In this document: piece by piece, positions 18,652 through 27,591 of the stretch
Layout of the letters: every line of letters starts with the position of its first letter
How positions within the stretch are numbered: the first letter of the stretch is position 1
NCBI GenBank assembly: GCA_017557505.1
Contig: JAFYYP010000010.1
Span: 2,148 to 66,147 of the forward strand
Direction of reading: 5' to 3'
Length of the DNA stretch: 64,000 nucleotides
Source: Bacillota bacterium
GTDB lineage: Bacteria; Bacillota; Clostridia; Peptostreptococcales; Anaerovoracaceae
Translations under genes and position numbers: made by a program
The notes under the pieces: model-generated
The model's input: only the letters and a program-made list of their open reading frames with translations
Databases searched by the model: none
What the model was told of the DNA's origin: nothing

Positions 18652-20178
18652 CTACTTCGCCTCCTCTGCCATGGAATCCAGCACGTATTTCGCGGCTTTT
18701 CTGCCGTTGGTCACCTGCGGGCCCATGCCGTTGCCAGTCAGCTGGTGCGCCGAGCCGAATTCCAGATGTTTGATGAAGTGCTCGGCGTCCGCGGTCTGCA
18801 GTCTCGCGACGACGTGGTCTTTCATGTCGTGCATATAGCCGTAGACGCAGCCGTTCCACATGCCGGTGTAGTGCGCGACCGTCATGGGAGTCTCGATGAT
18901 CACTTCCAGCGCGTGATCCAGCAGGTTTACGCCGTAGTACTTGCTCATCTCTTCGACCATGGAACGGGCGATGTCGTGCTTCACCTTGTCGACTTCATCC
19001 GCGCCGACCTTCAGCCAGCCGTCCACGCGCGGCAGCGCCGTGATGGACAGGATGCACGTACCTTCCGGCGTGCACGTCGGATTGGCCAGATTGAGGCAGA
19101 TCGTCGTGATGTAGTTGTACGGTCCCAGCGTCTTGTAGTTCTCGAAGATCGCGTCCGTGTCCATGGTATCGCCCTTGAACACGTTGTAATCCTTGATGCC
19201 CAGCTCTTCCGCCGTCTTATCGAGCAGCAGGAAGACCGTAAAGGCTGTGACCCCGATCTTACGGCCGTTCACGGCTTTGATGGCGCCTGCAGGCACTTCG
19301 CCCGCCGGTTCGATCATGGACGTGTAGACCTTATTGGGGTAGGCGGAGCAGATGACGTAATCGCCGTGGATCTCGTCGCCGCGCTTCGTGCGCACGCCGT
19401 AGGCTTTGCCGTCCTTGACGAGGATCTTTTCGACGGGCTGCTTCAGCTCGATCTGCACGCCCATTTCCTCTGCGCGCGCGAACATCTTCATGGACATCTC
19501 GTGCGAGAGCTTTTTAGGCACTTTCGAACCGCTGCCGATGTAGTCTGCCATCAGGAACGCGTAGATCGTGAAGGGCAGGGTGGACAGCGGCGCGCCGACG
19601 TAGATCCAGTAGGGGGACATCAGGTCGATGGCCTTCTGAGGCAGGTCGAACGTGTCGATGACTTCCTGCGCGGAATAGCCGGCTGTCTTGACGAAGTCCG
19701 TGTGCTTTAAGAGCATGGCGGGCTTGCTCATCGGGTGGATGCCGAGCTCGTTCATGCTGTTGCACACGCGGTCGCACAGCATCAGCAGATCGTAGACCTT
19801 CTGATAGCTGCCGGGGACTGCGGCGTCCACTTCCTTCGCAAAGCGCTCGTATCCGGGGTGCAGCGTCACTTCGAGGCCGGGCAGGGAAGCGTGATATGCC
19901 TCGGGCACTTCGAGCCAGTCGATGTTCACGCCCATGTCGTCGAAGAACTGACCGACCTTCAGGCGCTTGCCGGGGTCACCGATGGACATCATCTCGTGCA
20001 GCGTCGCTTCGATCTCCACGCCGCCCCGCACGAAGCTGGTGGCAAGGCCTCCGGGCAGATTGTGGCGCTCGAGCACCAGCACGTCCTTGCCTTTGTCCGC
20101 CAGCATCAGAGCGGAAGACAGACCGGAAAGACCGCCGCCGACGATGATGACGTCGTAATGGTCTTTGTAAAACTTCAT
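18652..20178 (-). CDS. Phytoene-desaturase (CrtI)/RetSat-like NAD(P)/FAD-dependent oxidoreductase
   Basis: N-terminal dinucleotide fold DVIIVGGGLSGLSSALMLADKGKDVLVLERHNLPGG. The length (508 aa) and overall pattern fit the CrtI family. Confidence 0.8.
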   Translation of the reverse strand: MKFYKDHYDVIIVGGGLSGLSSALMLADKGKDVLVLERHNLPGGLATSFVRGGVEIEATLHEMMSIGDPGKRLKVGQFFDDMGVNIDWLEVPEAYHASLPGLEVTLHPGYERFAKEVDAAVPGSYQKVYDLLMLCDRVCNSMNELGIHPMSKPAMLLKHTDFVKTAGYSAQEVIDTFDLPQKAIDLMSPYWIYVGAPLSTLPFTIYAFLMADYIGSGSKVPKKLSHEMSMKMFARAEEMGVQIELKQPVEKILVKDGKAYGVRTKRGDEIHGDYVICSAYPNKVYTSMIEPAGEVPAGAIKAVNGRKIGVTAFTVFLLLDKTAEELGIKDYNVFKGDTMDTDAIFENYKTLGPYNYITTICLNLANPTCTPEGTCILSITALPRVDGWLKVGADEVDKVKHDIARSMVEEMSKYYGVNLLDHALEVIIETPMTVAHYTGMWNGCVYGYMHDMKDHVVARLQTADAEHFIKHLEFGSAHQLTGNGMGPQVTNGRKAAKYVLDSMAEEAK

Positions 20179-20193
20179 GCGAAACCCTTTCGT

Positions 20194-21579
20194 TTAGAAG
20201 AATCTGTCGACGAGTTCGCGGGAGTATTCGGCCGTTTCGTCCATGTCGCCGTAGCTCATGACTTCGCCCGCGTAGAACGTGTCGTACTTGCCCTGCATGG
20301 CTTCGACCTTGTCGTACCAGCCCGCGGTGTAGTCTTCGGAGAAGACGTGGGGGAAGTAATACACGGACCACTCGTTGATAACGTTGCTCGCGGGGTTGCC
20401 CATGATCTTCAGATCGTCGAGCACCATCTGACGGCACTTCTCGTACGGGATCTCGGCCATGTTCTTATGCTTTCTGAGGGCGTAAGTCGTGATGACCTGG
20501 TCCTTAGTGTCTTTCCAGCGTCTGTAGTAGACCATGAGGTGACCCAGCTTGGAGGGGACCATGTTGTCGAACACGTAGTAGGAGATCTCGGGGTGGTCTT
20601 CGGGCTTGGTCTCGACTGCCAGCACGTCGTAGCGCTCGTAGTCGATCTTGGAGAACAGTTCCTTCTCGTCTTCGCGGACGTCGAAGTATTCGTCCATGCC
20701 TCTCTGGCCGTCGGCTCTGGTGCCGGGGATGTGCAGCGGCGCGGTGACGATGATCTTATCGTATTCTTCGACCTGGCCGTTCACGGTGACGTAAACCTTG
20801 CCGTCGCGTCTTTCGACCTTCTCGATGTTGCTGTTCAGGCGGGCGTGGTTCTTGAGCTTGGCGTCCAGCTGCTCCCAGATCCACTGCGTGCCTTCTTTCC
20901 AGGTCCACAGATTGATCTTGACGAAGTTCATGGTGGTCTGGAAGTCGAGGTACTTCAGGACGTAAGCTGCGGGGATCTCGTCGAAGTAGCCGTAGCCGAA
21001 GGACGTGAACGGTCCGATCCAGATATCCTGGATGAGCTCGACGCCGTTCATCTCGCAGAACTTGTTGAAGGGCATGCACAGATCCTTCAGGTTGGGGTTC
21101 TCGCCGGAAACGGGTTCTCTGCCCGGGGTCACGGCATAGCCTTCGTAACGGCCTTCCGCAACGCCTCTGTGGCCGTTCAGGTCGTAGCCTTTGTATTTGG
21201 TCTCCAGCAGTTCGCCGAACTTCTGGACCTGCTTCTTCATCTTGAGCAGGCGGGGGATCTTGAAGATGTTCTTCTTCGGCTCGAACGGTTCGATGACCTT
21301 GCCGGCGCCGTTCTTGTAGTTGCGGTTGAGCTTGGGGCCGTCGTGCGTGATGCCGCAGAACTCTTCGACGTCGTGGACCGCATAGTAGGAGGGTACGCCC
21401 ATGATGGCGCCCATCTCGTAGCGGCGTCCGTTGTAGGTCGGGGACCAGCACTTGCCGCCGACGCGGTTCTGGCGCTCGAGGATCGTGTAGTTCTCGTAGC
21501 CTTTCTGCTCGAGGTACATGCCTGCGGAGAGACCGGCGGGGCCGCCTCCGATGATGCAGATACGGGTATTCTTGTCCAT
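20194..21579 (-). CDS. FAD-dependent oxidoreductase/isomerase, amine-oxidase fold (polyenoic fatty-acid isomerase-like)
   Basis: RICIIGGGPAGLSAGMYLEQKGYENYTILERQNRVGGKC dinucleotide fold with RBS ggagaa. As I recall it, the layout resembles the Cutibacterium acnes polyunsaturated fatty acid isomerase family. This is unverified. Confidence 0.7.
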   Translation of the reverse strand: MDKNTRICIIGGGPAGLSAGMYLEQKGYENYTILERQNRVGGKCWSPTYNGRRYEMGAIMGVPSYYAVHDVEEFCGITHDGPKLNRNYKNGAGKVIEPFEPKKNIFKIPRLLKMKKQVQKFGELLETKYKGYDLNGHRGVAEGRYEGYAVTPGREPVSGENPNLKDLCMPFNKFCEMNGVELIQDIWIGPFTSFGYGYFDEIPAAYVLKYLDFQTTMNFVKINLWTWKEGTQWIWEQLDAKLKNHARLNSNIEKVERRDGKVYVTVNGQVEEYDKIIVTAPLHIPGTRADGQRGMDEYFDVREDEKELFSKIDYERYDVLAVETKPEDHPEISYYVFDNMVPSKLGHLMVYYRRWKDTKDQVITTYALRKHKNMAEIPYEKCRQMVLDDLKIMGNPASNVINEWSVYYFPHVFSEDYTAGWYDKVEAMQGKYDTFYAGEVMSYGDMDETAEYSRELVDRFF

Positions 21580-21687
21580 AGAAATTCTCCTTCTGAGTTA
21601 ATGATAGTTAACAAAATAATTATACTATAAAAGAGGCGCGCGTATGTTATACTATTAACGAAATTGTTCGAAATTTTGGAGAATACC

Positions 21688-23022
21688 ATGCGGTTTCAAA
21701 CTTTTTTTGGGATGCTGGGACATTGGGCAGCCATTGACTCCGATGCGCCGGCATTGATCTACGAAAAAGACGGAGAAAAAAGGACGGAAAGCTATGCGCA
21801 GTTGCTGGCTGCCGTGCGTGACCGCGCGGAAACGCTGAAGGTCTGTGCCGGACGCTGCGAAGCGATCCTCGCGGACGGTTCGAGAGACTGTATCGTGGAG
21901 GTGTTTGCGGCGCTGAAGGCGGGTCTTTCGGTCGCGTTGCTGGATGCAGCCGCGCCGGACGAAACGCTGCGCGAGCAGCTGAAGGCCTGCGATACGGGAC
22001 TGGTCTGGGGCGATGAAGATCTGTGCGAAGAACTCGGGTTTACCGCGCTAGCGCAGACGGATGCGAAGCCCGGCGACGTGCTGTTCTTCACATCCGGAAC
22101 GACGCACCGCGCGAAGGCCGTCGTCCTGACGGAGGAAAGCCTCTGCAGCAGCGCCTATAACGGCGGCGCCCTGCTGCCGCTGCAGCCTTCCGATCTGCTG
22201 ATGTGCATGCTGCCTCTGTCGCACGTGTTCGGTTTCGTGTGCGGCCTGCTGTGGGGACTGTCCTGCGGCGCTTGTGTCGCGCTCTGCCGCGGTGTGCGCC
22301 ATTATCTGGACGATCTGGCGACGTTCCGTCCCACGGCATTGTCGGCGGTGCCTCTGCTGCTTGGATTCCTCGTGCAGCACGAGCTTCTGAATCCTGAGTT
22401 GAAGCTGGTGCTGGTCGGGGCAGGCGATTGTCCGCGGCCGCTGCTGCAGCGGGTCAAGGACAGGAACATCCGCGTCTCGTTCGGCTACGGTCTGACCGAG
22501 ACCAGTTCCGGCCTCGCGTTGTCCCTGGGCACGGATCCCATGAGCATGACGGTCTGTCCGGACGACCGCATCCGCATCGCGGAAGATGGGGAGATCCTCG
22601 TCGACGCGCCGACCTGCGTCATGAAAGGGTATTATAAGGATCCGGAAGCCACAAAAGAGGCCTTTACGGAAGACGGCTGGCTGCGCACCGGAGACCTCGG
22701 CAGGCTGGACGAAGAAGGGAAGCTGACCATCACAGGCCGCAAGAAGGACATGCTCGTGTTCGAAGACGGCACGAAGCTGTTCCTGCCGGAAGCAGAGGCC
22801 GAACTGGCCGCGCTGCTGCCGGGACTGGAGCTGGCGCTGTATCAGAAAGACGGCAAAGTCTGGCTGGCTGTGGCCGGAGATGCCGACGAAAAAGACGTCA
22901 AACGCAAGATCGTTCCCTGGCAGGACAGACAGGACCGCAGCCATAAGATCGCAGGGATCACGCTGCGCGAAGACCCGCTGCCGCGCACAGCGACCGGCAA
23001 AGTCAGGCGCTGGGAATTATAA
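21688..23022 (+). CDS. AMP-dependent synthetase/ligase (fatty-acyl-AMP/ACP ligase-like)
   Basis: The start was reassigned to the ATG at 21688, after ttggagaatacc. Adenylation motifs are FFTSGTTHRAKAV, GYGLTETSS, GDLGRLDEEGKLTITGRKKDMLV and LPRTATGKVRR. Confidence 0.85.
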   Translation: MRFQTFFGMLGHWAAIDSDAPALIYEKDGEKRTESYAQLLAAVRDRAETLKVCAGRCEAILADGSRDCIVEVFAALKAGLSVALLDAAAPDETLREQLKACDTGLVWGDEDLCEELGFTALAQTDAKPGDVLFFTSGTTHRAKAVVLTEESLCSSAYNGGALLPLQPSDLLMCMLPLSHVFGFVCGLLWGLSCGACVALCRGVRHYLDDLATFRPTALSAVPLLLGFLVQHELLNPELKLVLVGAGDCPRPLLQRVKDRNIRVSFGYGLTETSSGLALSLGTDPMSMTVCPDDRIRIAEDGEILVDAPTCVMKGYYKDPEATKEAFTEDGWLRTGDLGRLDEEGKLTITGRKKDMLVFEDGTKLFLPEAEAELAALLPGLELALYQKDGKVWLAVAGDADEKDVKRKIVPWQDRQDRSHKIAGITLREDPLPRTATGKVRRWEL

Positions 23023-23031
23023 GGAGAACCA

Positions 23032-23277
23032 ATGAGCAGAGAAGAACTCAGAGAACGGACCATCAAGATCATCCGCGACTGCGTGCCCGAACTCGCGGAT
23101 ACGGAGATCACGGAGGCGTCCGTCGTCAATACGGACATGGGCATGGATTCCATGAACTTCATCCTCGTCATCTGCAAGCTCGAGGCGGAGTTCGGGGTCA
23201 AGATCCCCAATAAGCTGTGGAAGAAGCTCTCCAGCCTCGGCGACGTGCTGGACGCGCTGCAGAAATACGGGGCGTAG
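23032..23277 (+). CDS. Stand-alone acyl carrier protein
   Basis: An 81-aa protein with the phosphopantetheine attachment motif DMGMDSMNFILV. RBS aaggagaacc. Confidence 0.8.
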   Translation: MSREELRERTIKIIRDCVPELADTEITEASVVNTDMGMDSMNFILVICKLEAEFGVKIPNKLWKKLSSLGDVLDALQKYGA

Positions 23278-23280
23278 GCG

Positions 23281-23994
23281 ATGTACGAACAGAAGCTCCT
23301 GTTGGGATCCGAACACGTGGATCTGCACCGGCGCATGCGCACTTCGGTGCTGTTTTCGCTGCTGCAGACCGTTTCGATCCGCCATACGGAGCAGCTCGGC
23401 ATGGGCCGCGACAAGACGCTGGACAAAGGCTTGTTGTGGGTCGTGACCCGCATGCACGCCGAGATCACGCGTATGCCCGAATACGACGAGACCGTTGTTA
23501 TCCGCAGCTGGCCCGGCGAAACGATGCACCTGCTGTTTCCGCGGTATTACGAGATCGCGCTGGAAAGCGGGGAAGTGCTCGTGCGCGCGAGCGCGGTATG
23601 GTCGCTGATGGATGAGAAGGAGCGCACTGCTGTGTTTCCGGACGAGTACGGCATCGTGATCGAGGGTGAGGAGAACGGCCGCGAACTGCCGTGGCTGGTG
23701 CCCGTAAAACCCTTGGAAACGACGCAGAGCGACGTGTTCCGCGTGCCGTACAGCTACGTGGACATCAACGGGCATCTGAACAACACGCGGTATTTCGACC
23801 TGGCGGAGGACCGCATCCCGGCGGCTGCCGCAGGGTGCGCCCTGAAGGCCGTGACCGCCGAATACAACAGGGAAGTGCGCCTGGGCGAGGATCTAAACAT
23901 CTCGCTGGGTGTTAACGATAACGATTATTACGTTGCAGGGGAGACGGACCACCCGTGCTTCCGTCTGCAGCTGACATTTGCGGAAAAGGAGTAG
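23281..23994 (+). CDS. Acyl-ACP thioesterase (FatA/B-type hotdog)
   Basis: 237 aa. The pattern ..VDLHRRMRTSVLFSLLQ...GLLWVVTRMHAEI..WPGE.. and ..YVDINGHLNNTRYFD.. is typical of bacterial acyl-ACP thioesterases. Confidence 0.8.
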   Translation: MYEQKLLLGSEHVDLHRRMRTSVLFSLLQTVSIRHTEQLGMGRDKTLDKGLLWVVTRMHAEITRMPEYDETVVIRSWPGETMHLLFPRYYEIALESGEVLVRASAVWSLMDEKERTAVFPDEYGIVIEGEENGRELPWLVPVKPLETTQSDVFRVPYSYVDINGHLNNTRYFDLAEDRIPAAAAGCALKAVTAEYNREVRLGEDLNISLGVNDNDYYVAGETDHPCFRLQLTFAEKE

Positions 23995-23997
23995 ACC

Positions 23998-24666
23998 ATG
24001 GACCCGATCAAGATCATCGAAGTAAAAGAGAGCGTATTTGAAGACAACAACGCGGACGCGGCGAAGCTGCGCGCGGAACTGAAGGAGATGAAGACGTTCC
24101 TGCTCAACCTGATGTCCTCGCCCGGCAGCGGCAAGACGACGCTGCTGAAACAGGTGCTGGGCCGACTGAAGGACGAGATGCGCATCGGGGTCATGGAGGC
24201 CGATATCGACTCCGACGTCGACGCTAAGGCGATCTCGGAGACCGGCGTGCGCGCCATCCAGCTGCACACGGGCGGCATGTGCCACCTCGACGCGGACATG
24301 ACCCGCCAGGGCGTGCGCGAACTGGGCATCGACGACCTGGACCTCGCGATCCTGGAGAACGTCGGCAACCTGGTGTGCCCGGCGGAATTCGACACCGGCT
24401 CCGTAAAGAACGCGGTCATCGTGTCCGTTCCCGAGGGTCACGACAAGCCGCTGAAGTACCCGCTGATGTTCGAAGTCGCGAACGTGATGATCATCAACAA
24501 GATCGACGTGCTGCCGTATTTCGATTTCGACATGGACAGGGTCGTCGAATACGCGCACATGCGCCATCCGGGGCTGGAGATCTTCCCGGTCTGCGCGAAG
24601 ACTGGCGAGGGCGTCGATGCGCTCTGCGATTGGCTGCGCAGGGAAGTGAAGGCCTGGAACGAATAG
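23998..24666 (+). CDS. hypB: Hydrogenase/urease-type nickel-incorporation GTPase HypB
   Basis: P-loop SSPGSGKTTLL, metal site GGMCHLD, ENVGNLVCPAEFD and NKIDV. Confidence 0.9.
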   Translation: MDPIKIIEVKESVFEDNNADAAKLRAELKEMKTFLLNLMSSPGSGKTTLLKQVLGRLKDEMRIGVMEADIDSDVDAKAISETGVRAIQLHTGGMCHLDADMTRQGVRELGIDDLDLAILENVGNLVCPAEFDTGSVKNAVIVSVPEGHDKPLKYPLMFEVANVMIINKIDVLPYFDFDMDRVVEYAHMRHPGLEIFPVCAKTGEGVDALCDWLRREVKAWNE

Positions 24667-24673
24667 CAGAAGC

Positions 24674-24762
24674 AATAAAAAGCCGGATCTCGAACGGGAG
24701 GCAGTCGCTAACGCACGAGCGAAGCGAGGAGTGGTGCCGACCGACGAGATCCGGTTTTTATT
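24674..24762. terminator. Long-loop inverted repeat between convergent genes (probable bidirectional terminator)
   Basis: aataaaaagccggatctcg (24674-24692) pairs with cgagatccggtttttatt (24745-24762). The arms are separated by a 52-nt GC-rich loop. Confidence 0.45.
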
Positions 24763-24771
24763 GTGCCCCTA

Positions 24772-27591
24772 TTATTCCTGCCAGGTCGGGTAATCCGACT
24801 TGCCGGTGACCTTCTTCTTGACGATCTTGACCATGCGCTTGAGCGCGTACGGTCCGACGACCTTCATCATCTCCTCCGCTGTATGCATGTCGCTGGCAGC
24901 GGGCAGGTCTCTCTGCAGATGGATGGCGTCGAATTCGCAGCGCGTCGTGCACAGGCCGCAGCCTATGCACTGGTTCAGGTCGACGGTCGTGGCGCCGCAC
25001 TTCAGGCAGCGGTTGGCCTCGATGCGCACCTGCTCTTCGGTGAGCGGCAGGCGCAGGTCGTCGAACGTTGCGGCTGCTTCTCCGGGTTTGAGGCCTGGCA
25101 TCTGGCGCTGCGCGTTGTCGTAGCATTCGACCGAGATATCGTCGCGGTCCAGTTCGATGAACTCGCGCAGGTCGCGGCCGATCGTGAGCGACTGGCCCGG
25201 ATGCACGAAGCGGTTGATGGACACGGCGCCCTGGCGTCCGGCTGCGATGGCGTCGATCACGAACTTCTGACCCGTGTAAGCGTCGCCGCCGACGAAGATG
25301 TCGGGTTCGCCGGTCTGATAGGTGACCGGATCCGCAACGACCGTGCCGTTGCGGTTGAACTCGACCTTCGTGCCTTCGAGCAGCTTGCCCCAGTCAGGCT
25401 TCTGACCGATGCAGAACAGCACGTTCGCGCACTCTGCGGTCTCCATCTGCGCATCGTCGAACTTCGGGTCGAATCTGCCTTCCGCGTTCTTGACGGACAG
25501 GCACTTGCGGAACGCGATGCTGCTCGCTCTGCCTTCTGCGTCCTTGAAGATCTCTGTCTGGCCCCATCCCGCGTGGATGCGGATGCCTTCTTCTTCGCAT
25601 TCTCTGCGGTCGTCCGGCCCCATAGGCATCTCGTCGTAGCTTTCGAGGCAGTAGAGGTCGACGCTTTCCGCGCCGGCTCGCAAAGCCGTTCTGGCCACGT
25701 CCGCCGCGATGTTGCCGCCGCCGATGACGACAGTCTTTCCGCTCAGGCGAATGCTCTCATCCTGGTTGATCTCCCGGGCGAATTCGATGCCGGCGCGCAC
25801 GCCAATTGCGTCTTCTCCGGGAATGCCCATCTTGCCGCCGCTCTGCAGGCCCGTCGCGATGTAGAAGGCTTTGTAGCCCTGATTGCGCAGCTGCTGCAGG
25901 GTCACGTCCTTGCCGACGTCCACGCCGCAGCGGATCTCGACGCCCATCTTCCGGATGATGTCGATCTCGCCCTCGATGACCTTCTTTTCCAGGCGGAAGT
26001 TGGGGATGCCGTTCATCATCATGCCGCCGGGGCGCTGTTCGCGGTCGAAGACGGTAACGGGATAGCCGTTCATGCGCAGATAATACGCCGCGGTGAGCCC
26101 CGCAGGGCCCGCGCCGATGACGGCGATGGGGAACTCGTCCCACTGCTTGCCGTCCATGTTGTCGCAGATGGGCACGAAATCGCTCGGATTCATGAGTTCC
26201 CACTGCGCAAGGAATTTCTTGATCTCGTCGATGGCGACAGCCTTGTCGATCGTGCCGCGCGTGCAGCGGTCTTCGCATCTTCTGTTGCAGATCGCGCCGC
26301 AGACGGCAGGGAAGGGGTTATCCTGGCGGATGAGCTTCACGGCGTCCGCATAGCGGCCGTCCGCTGCCATCTTGATGTATCCCTGGACTGCCAGGTGAGC
26401 CGGGCAGGCCGTCTTGCACGGCGACGTGCCGGTGTCGTAACAGTTGATCTTGTTGTGGTCGCGGTAATCCCAGTCCCACTTGTCTTCGCCCCACACGTTG
26501 TCGTCGGGCAGGTCGTGCATGGGATAGCGCACCTTGCTGCCGTCAGCCCTACACAGCTTCTGACCGAGCTTGGCCGCGCCGGCCGGGCACACTTCGACGC
26601 ATTTGCCGCAGGCGACGCACTTTTCCTTGTCCACATGCGCGCGGTAGGCGCTGCGGGACATGTTCGGTGTATTGAACAGCTGGGAAGTCCTCAGGCCGTA
26701 GCAGCTGCCCGGAGAGCAGTTGCAGATGCCGACGATGCGGTTCGGGCCGTCCAGGTTCGTGATCTGGTGCACGTAGCCCTTGCGTTCGGCGCGCTTGATG
26801 ATCTCCATAGCTTCTTCGCGGGTGATGTAATGCGCGTCCTTGCCGGTCTCCACGAGGAACTCCGCGATGTCGCCGACGCCGATGCACATGTAGCCTTCGA
26901 TGTCGCCGACGCCTTCGCCGCGCACGCGCTGAGCCTTGCGGCACGCGCAGACCATGGTGCAGAACTTGTCATATTTCTGCAGCCAGTGAGACAGATGCTC
27001 GACGGAGACAGACTGCGATGCGCCATCGATGGCTTCCTCCACCGGGATGACGTGCATGCCGATGCCGGCGCCGCCGGGCGGGATGAGCTTTGCAGCGAGT
27101 TCGAGCGGTTCCTGCGGCGCGAGATTGAACATCGTCGCGACTTCCGGATTCGTGTCGGTCAGGGTGGGGTGCTCGACCATGTATTCGCCCGAGCCTACGA
27201 CCCATTTCGGGATCCAGTACTGGATATGCTCGTCGGCGTTGTCGCGGTTCTGCTCGATGATGCCGATCCACAGCAGATGGTCGATGACCTTCTGCGCTTC
27301 TTCTTCGGTCATTTGATTGCGCTTTGCGAGCTCGGGCGTCGTGAGTCCGACGCGGCGCTTTTCGAAGCTGAGCATGAACTTCACCTCATCCTTCGTCAGC
27401 AGCCGGTCGAGGATCCAGAAATCCATGTGGTTTTCCTTCATGCCGCCGGGCAGCTTGCGGGGGATGTTGTCCGTGATCATGCGCGCGAGCTTTAAGACGA
27501 GTTCCTTCTTCTCGGGGTCATCGCACTTGTGGTCCGTGACCGGATAATCGCGCTCGTTGACGTGGATCTTGGGGTTGACTTCTTTGACCAT
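24772..27591 (-). CDS. Multidomain Fe-S flavoprotein: Cys-rich N-terminal module, GltD/NfnB-like FAD/NAD(P) oxidoreductase core and C-terminal 2x[4Fe-4S] ferredoxin motif
   Basis: The start was reassigned to the ATG at 27591, with RBS ggagg 7 nt upstream. That ATG overlaps the hypA stop (TGATG). Motifs: CVACGKCVEVCP; CGAICNRRCEDRCTRG; VIGAGPAGLTAAYYL...GGMM..GIPNFRL; VVIGGGNIAADVA; CLKCG...CIGCGLCTTRCEFDAI. Confidence 0.85.
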   Translation of the reverse strand: MVKEVNPKIHVNERDYPVTDHKCDDPEKKELVLKLARMITDNIPRKLPGGMKENHMDFWILDRLLTKDEVKFMLSFEKRRVGLTTPELAKRNQMTEEEAQKVIDHLLWIGIIEQNRDNADEHIQYWIPKWVVGSGEYMVEHPTLTDTNPEVATMFNLAPQEPLELAAKLIPPGGAGIGMHVIPVEEAIDGASQSVSVEHLSHWLQKYDKFCTMVCACRKAQRVRGEGVGDIEGYMCIGVGDIAEFLVETGKDAHYITREEAMEIIKRAERKGYVHQITNLDGPNRIVGICNCSPGSCYGLRTSQLFNTPNMSRSAYRAHVDKEKCVACGKCVEVCPAGAAKLGQKLCRADGSKVRYPMHDLPDDNVWGEDKWDWDYRDHNKINCYDTGTSPCKTACPAHLAVQGYIKMAADGRYADAVKLIRQDNPFPAVCGAICNRRCEDRCTRGTIDKAVAIDEIKKFLAQWELMNPSDFVPICDNMDGKQWDEFPIAVIGAGPAGLTAAYYLRMNGYPVTVFDREQRPGGMMMNGIPNFRLEKKVIEGEIDIIRKMGVEIRCGVDVGKDVTLQQLRNQGYKAFYIATGLQSGGKMGIPGEDAIGVRAGIEFAREINQDESIRLSGKTVVIGGGNIAADVARTALRAGAESVDLYCLESYDEMPMGPDDRRECEEEGIRIHAGWGQTEIFKDAEGRASSIAFRKCLSVKNAEGRFDPKFDDAQMETAECANVLFCIGQKPDWGKLLEGTKVEFNRNGTVVADPVTYQTGEPDIFVGGDAYTGQKFVIDAIAAGRQGAVSINRFVHPGQSLTIGRDLREFIELDRDDISVECYDNAQRQMPGLKPGEAAATFDDLRLPLTEEQVRIEANRCLKCGATTVDLNQCIGCGLCTTRCEFDAIHLQRDLPAASDMHTAEEMMKVVGPYALKRMVKIVKKKVTGKSDYPTWQE

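Noticed and set aside
13596-27495. Other long antisense or out-of-frame ORFs in the track: 13596-15125(-), 15281-16588(-), 17455-19710(+), 19735-21630(+), 22048-22944(-), 23017-23775(-), 23893-24675(-) and 24763-27495(+).
   Set aside because: Each lies fully inside, and opposite to, a gene with strong motif evidence (M32/M3 peptidases, flavoenzymes, ligase, HypB, Fe-S flavoprotein). All have Arg/Ala/His-rich nonsense-like translations and no RBS.
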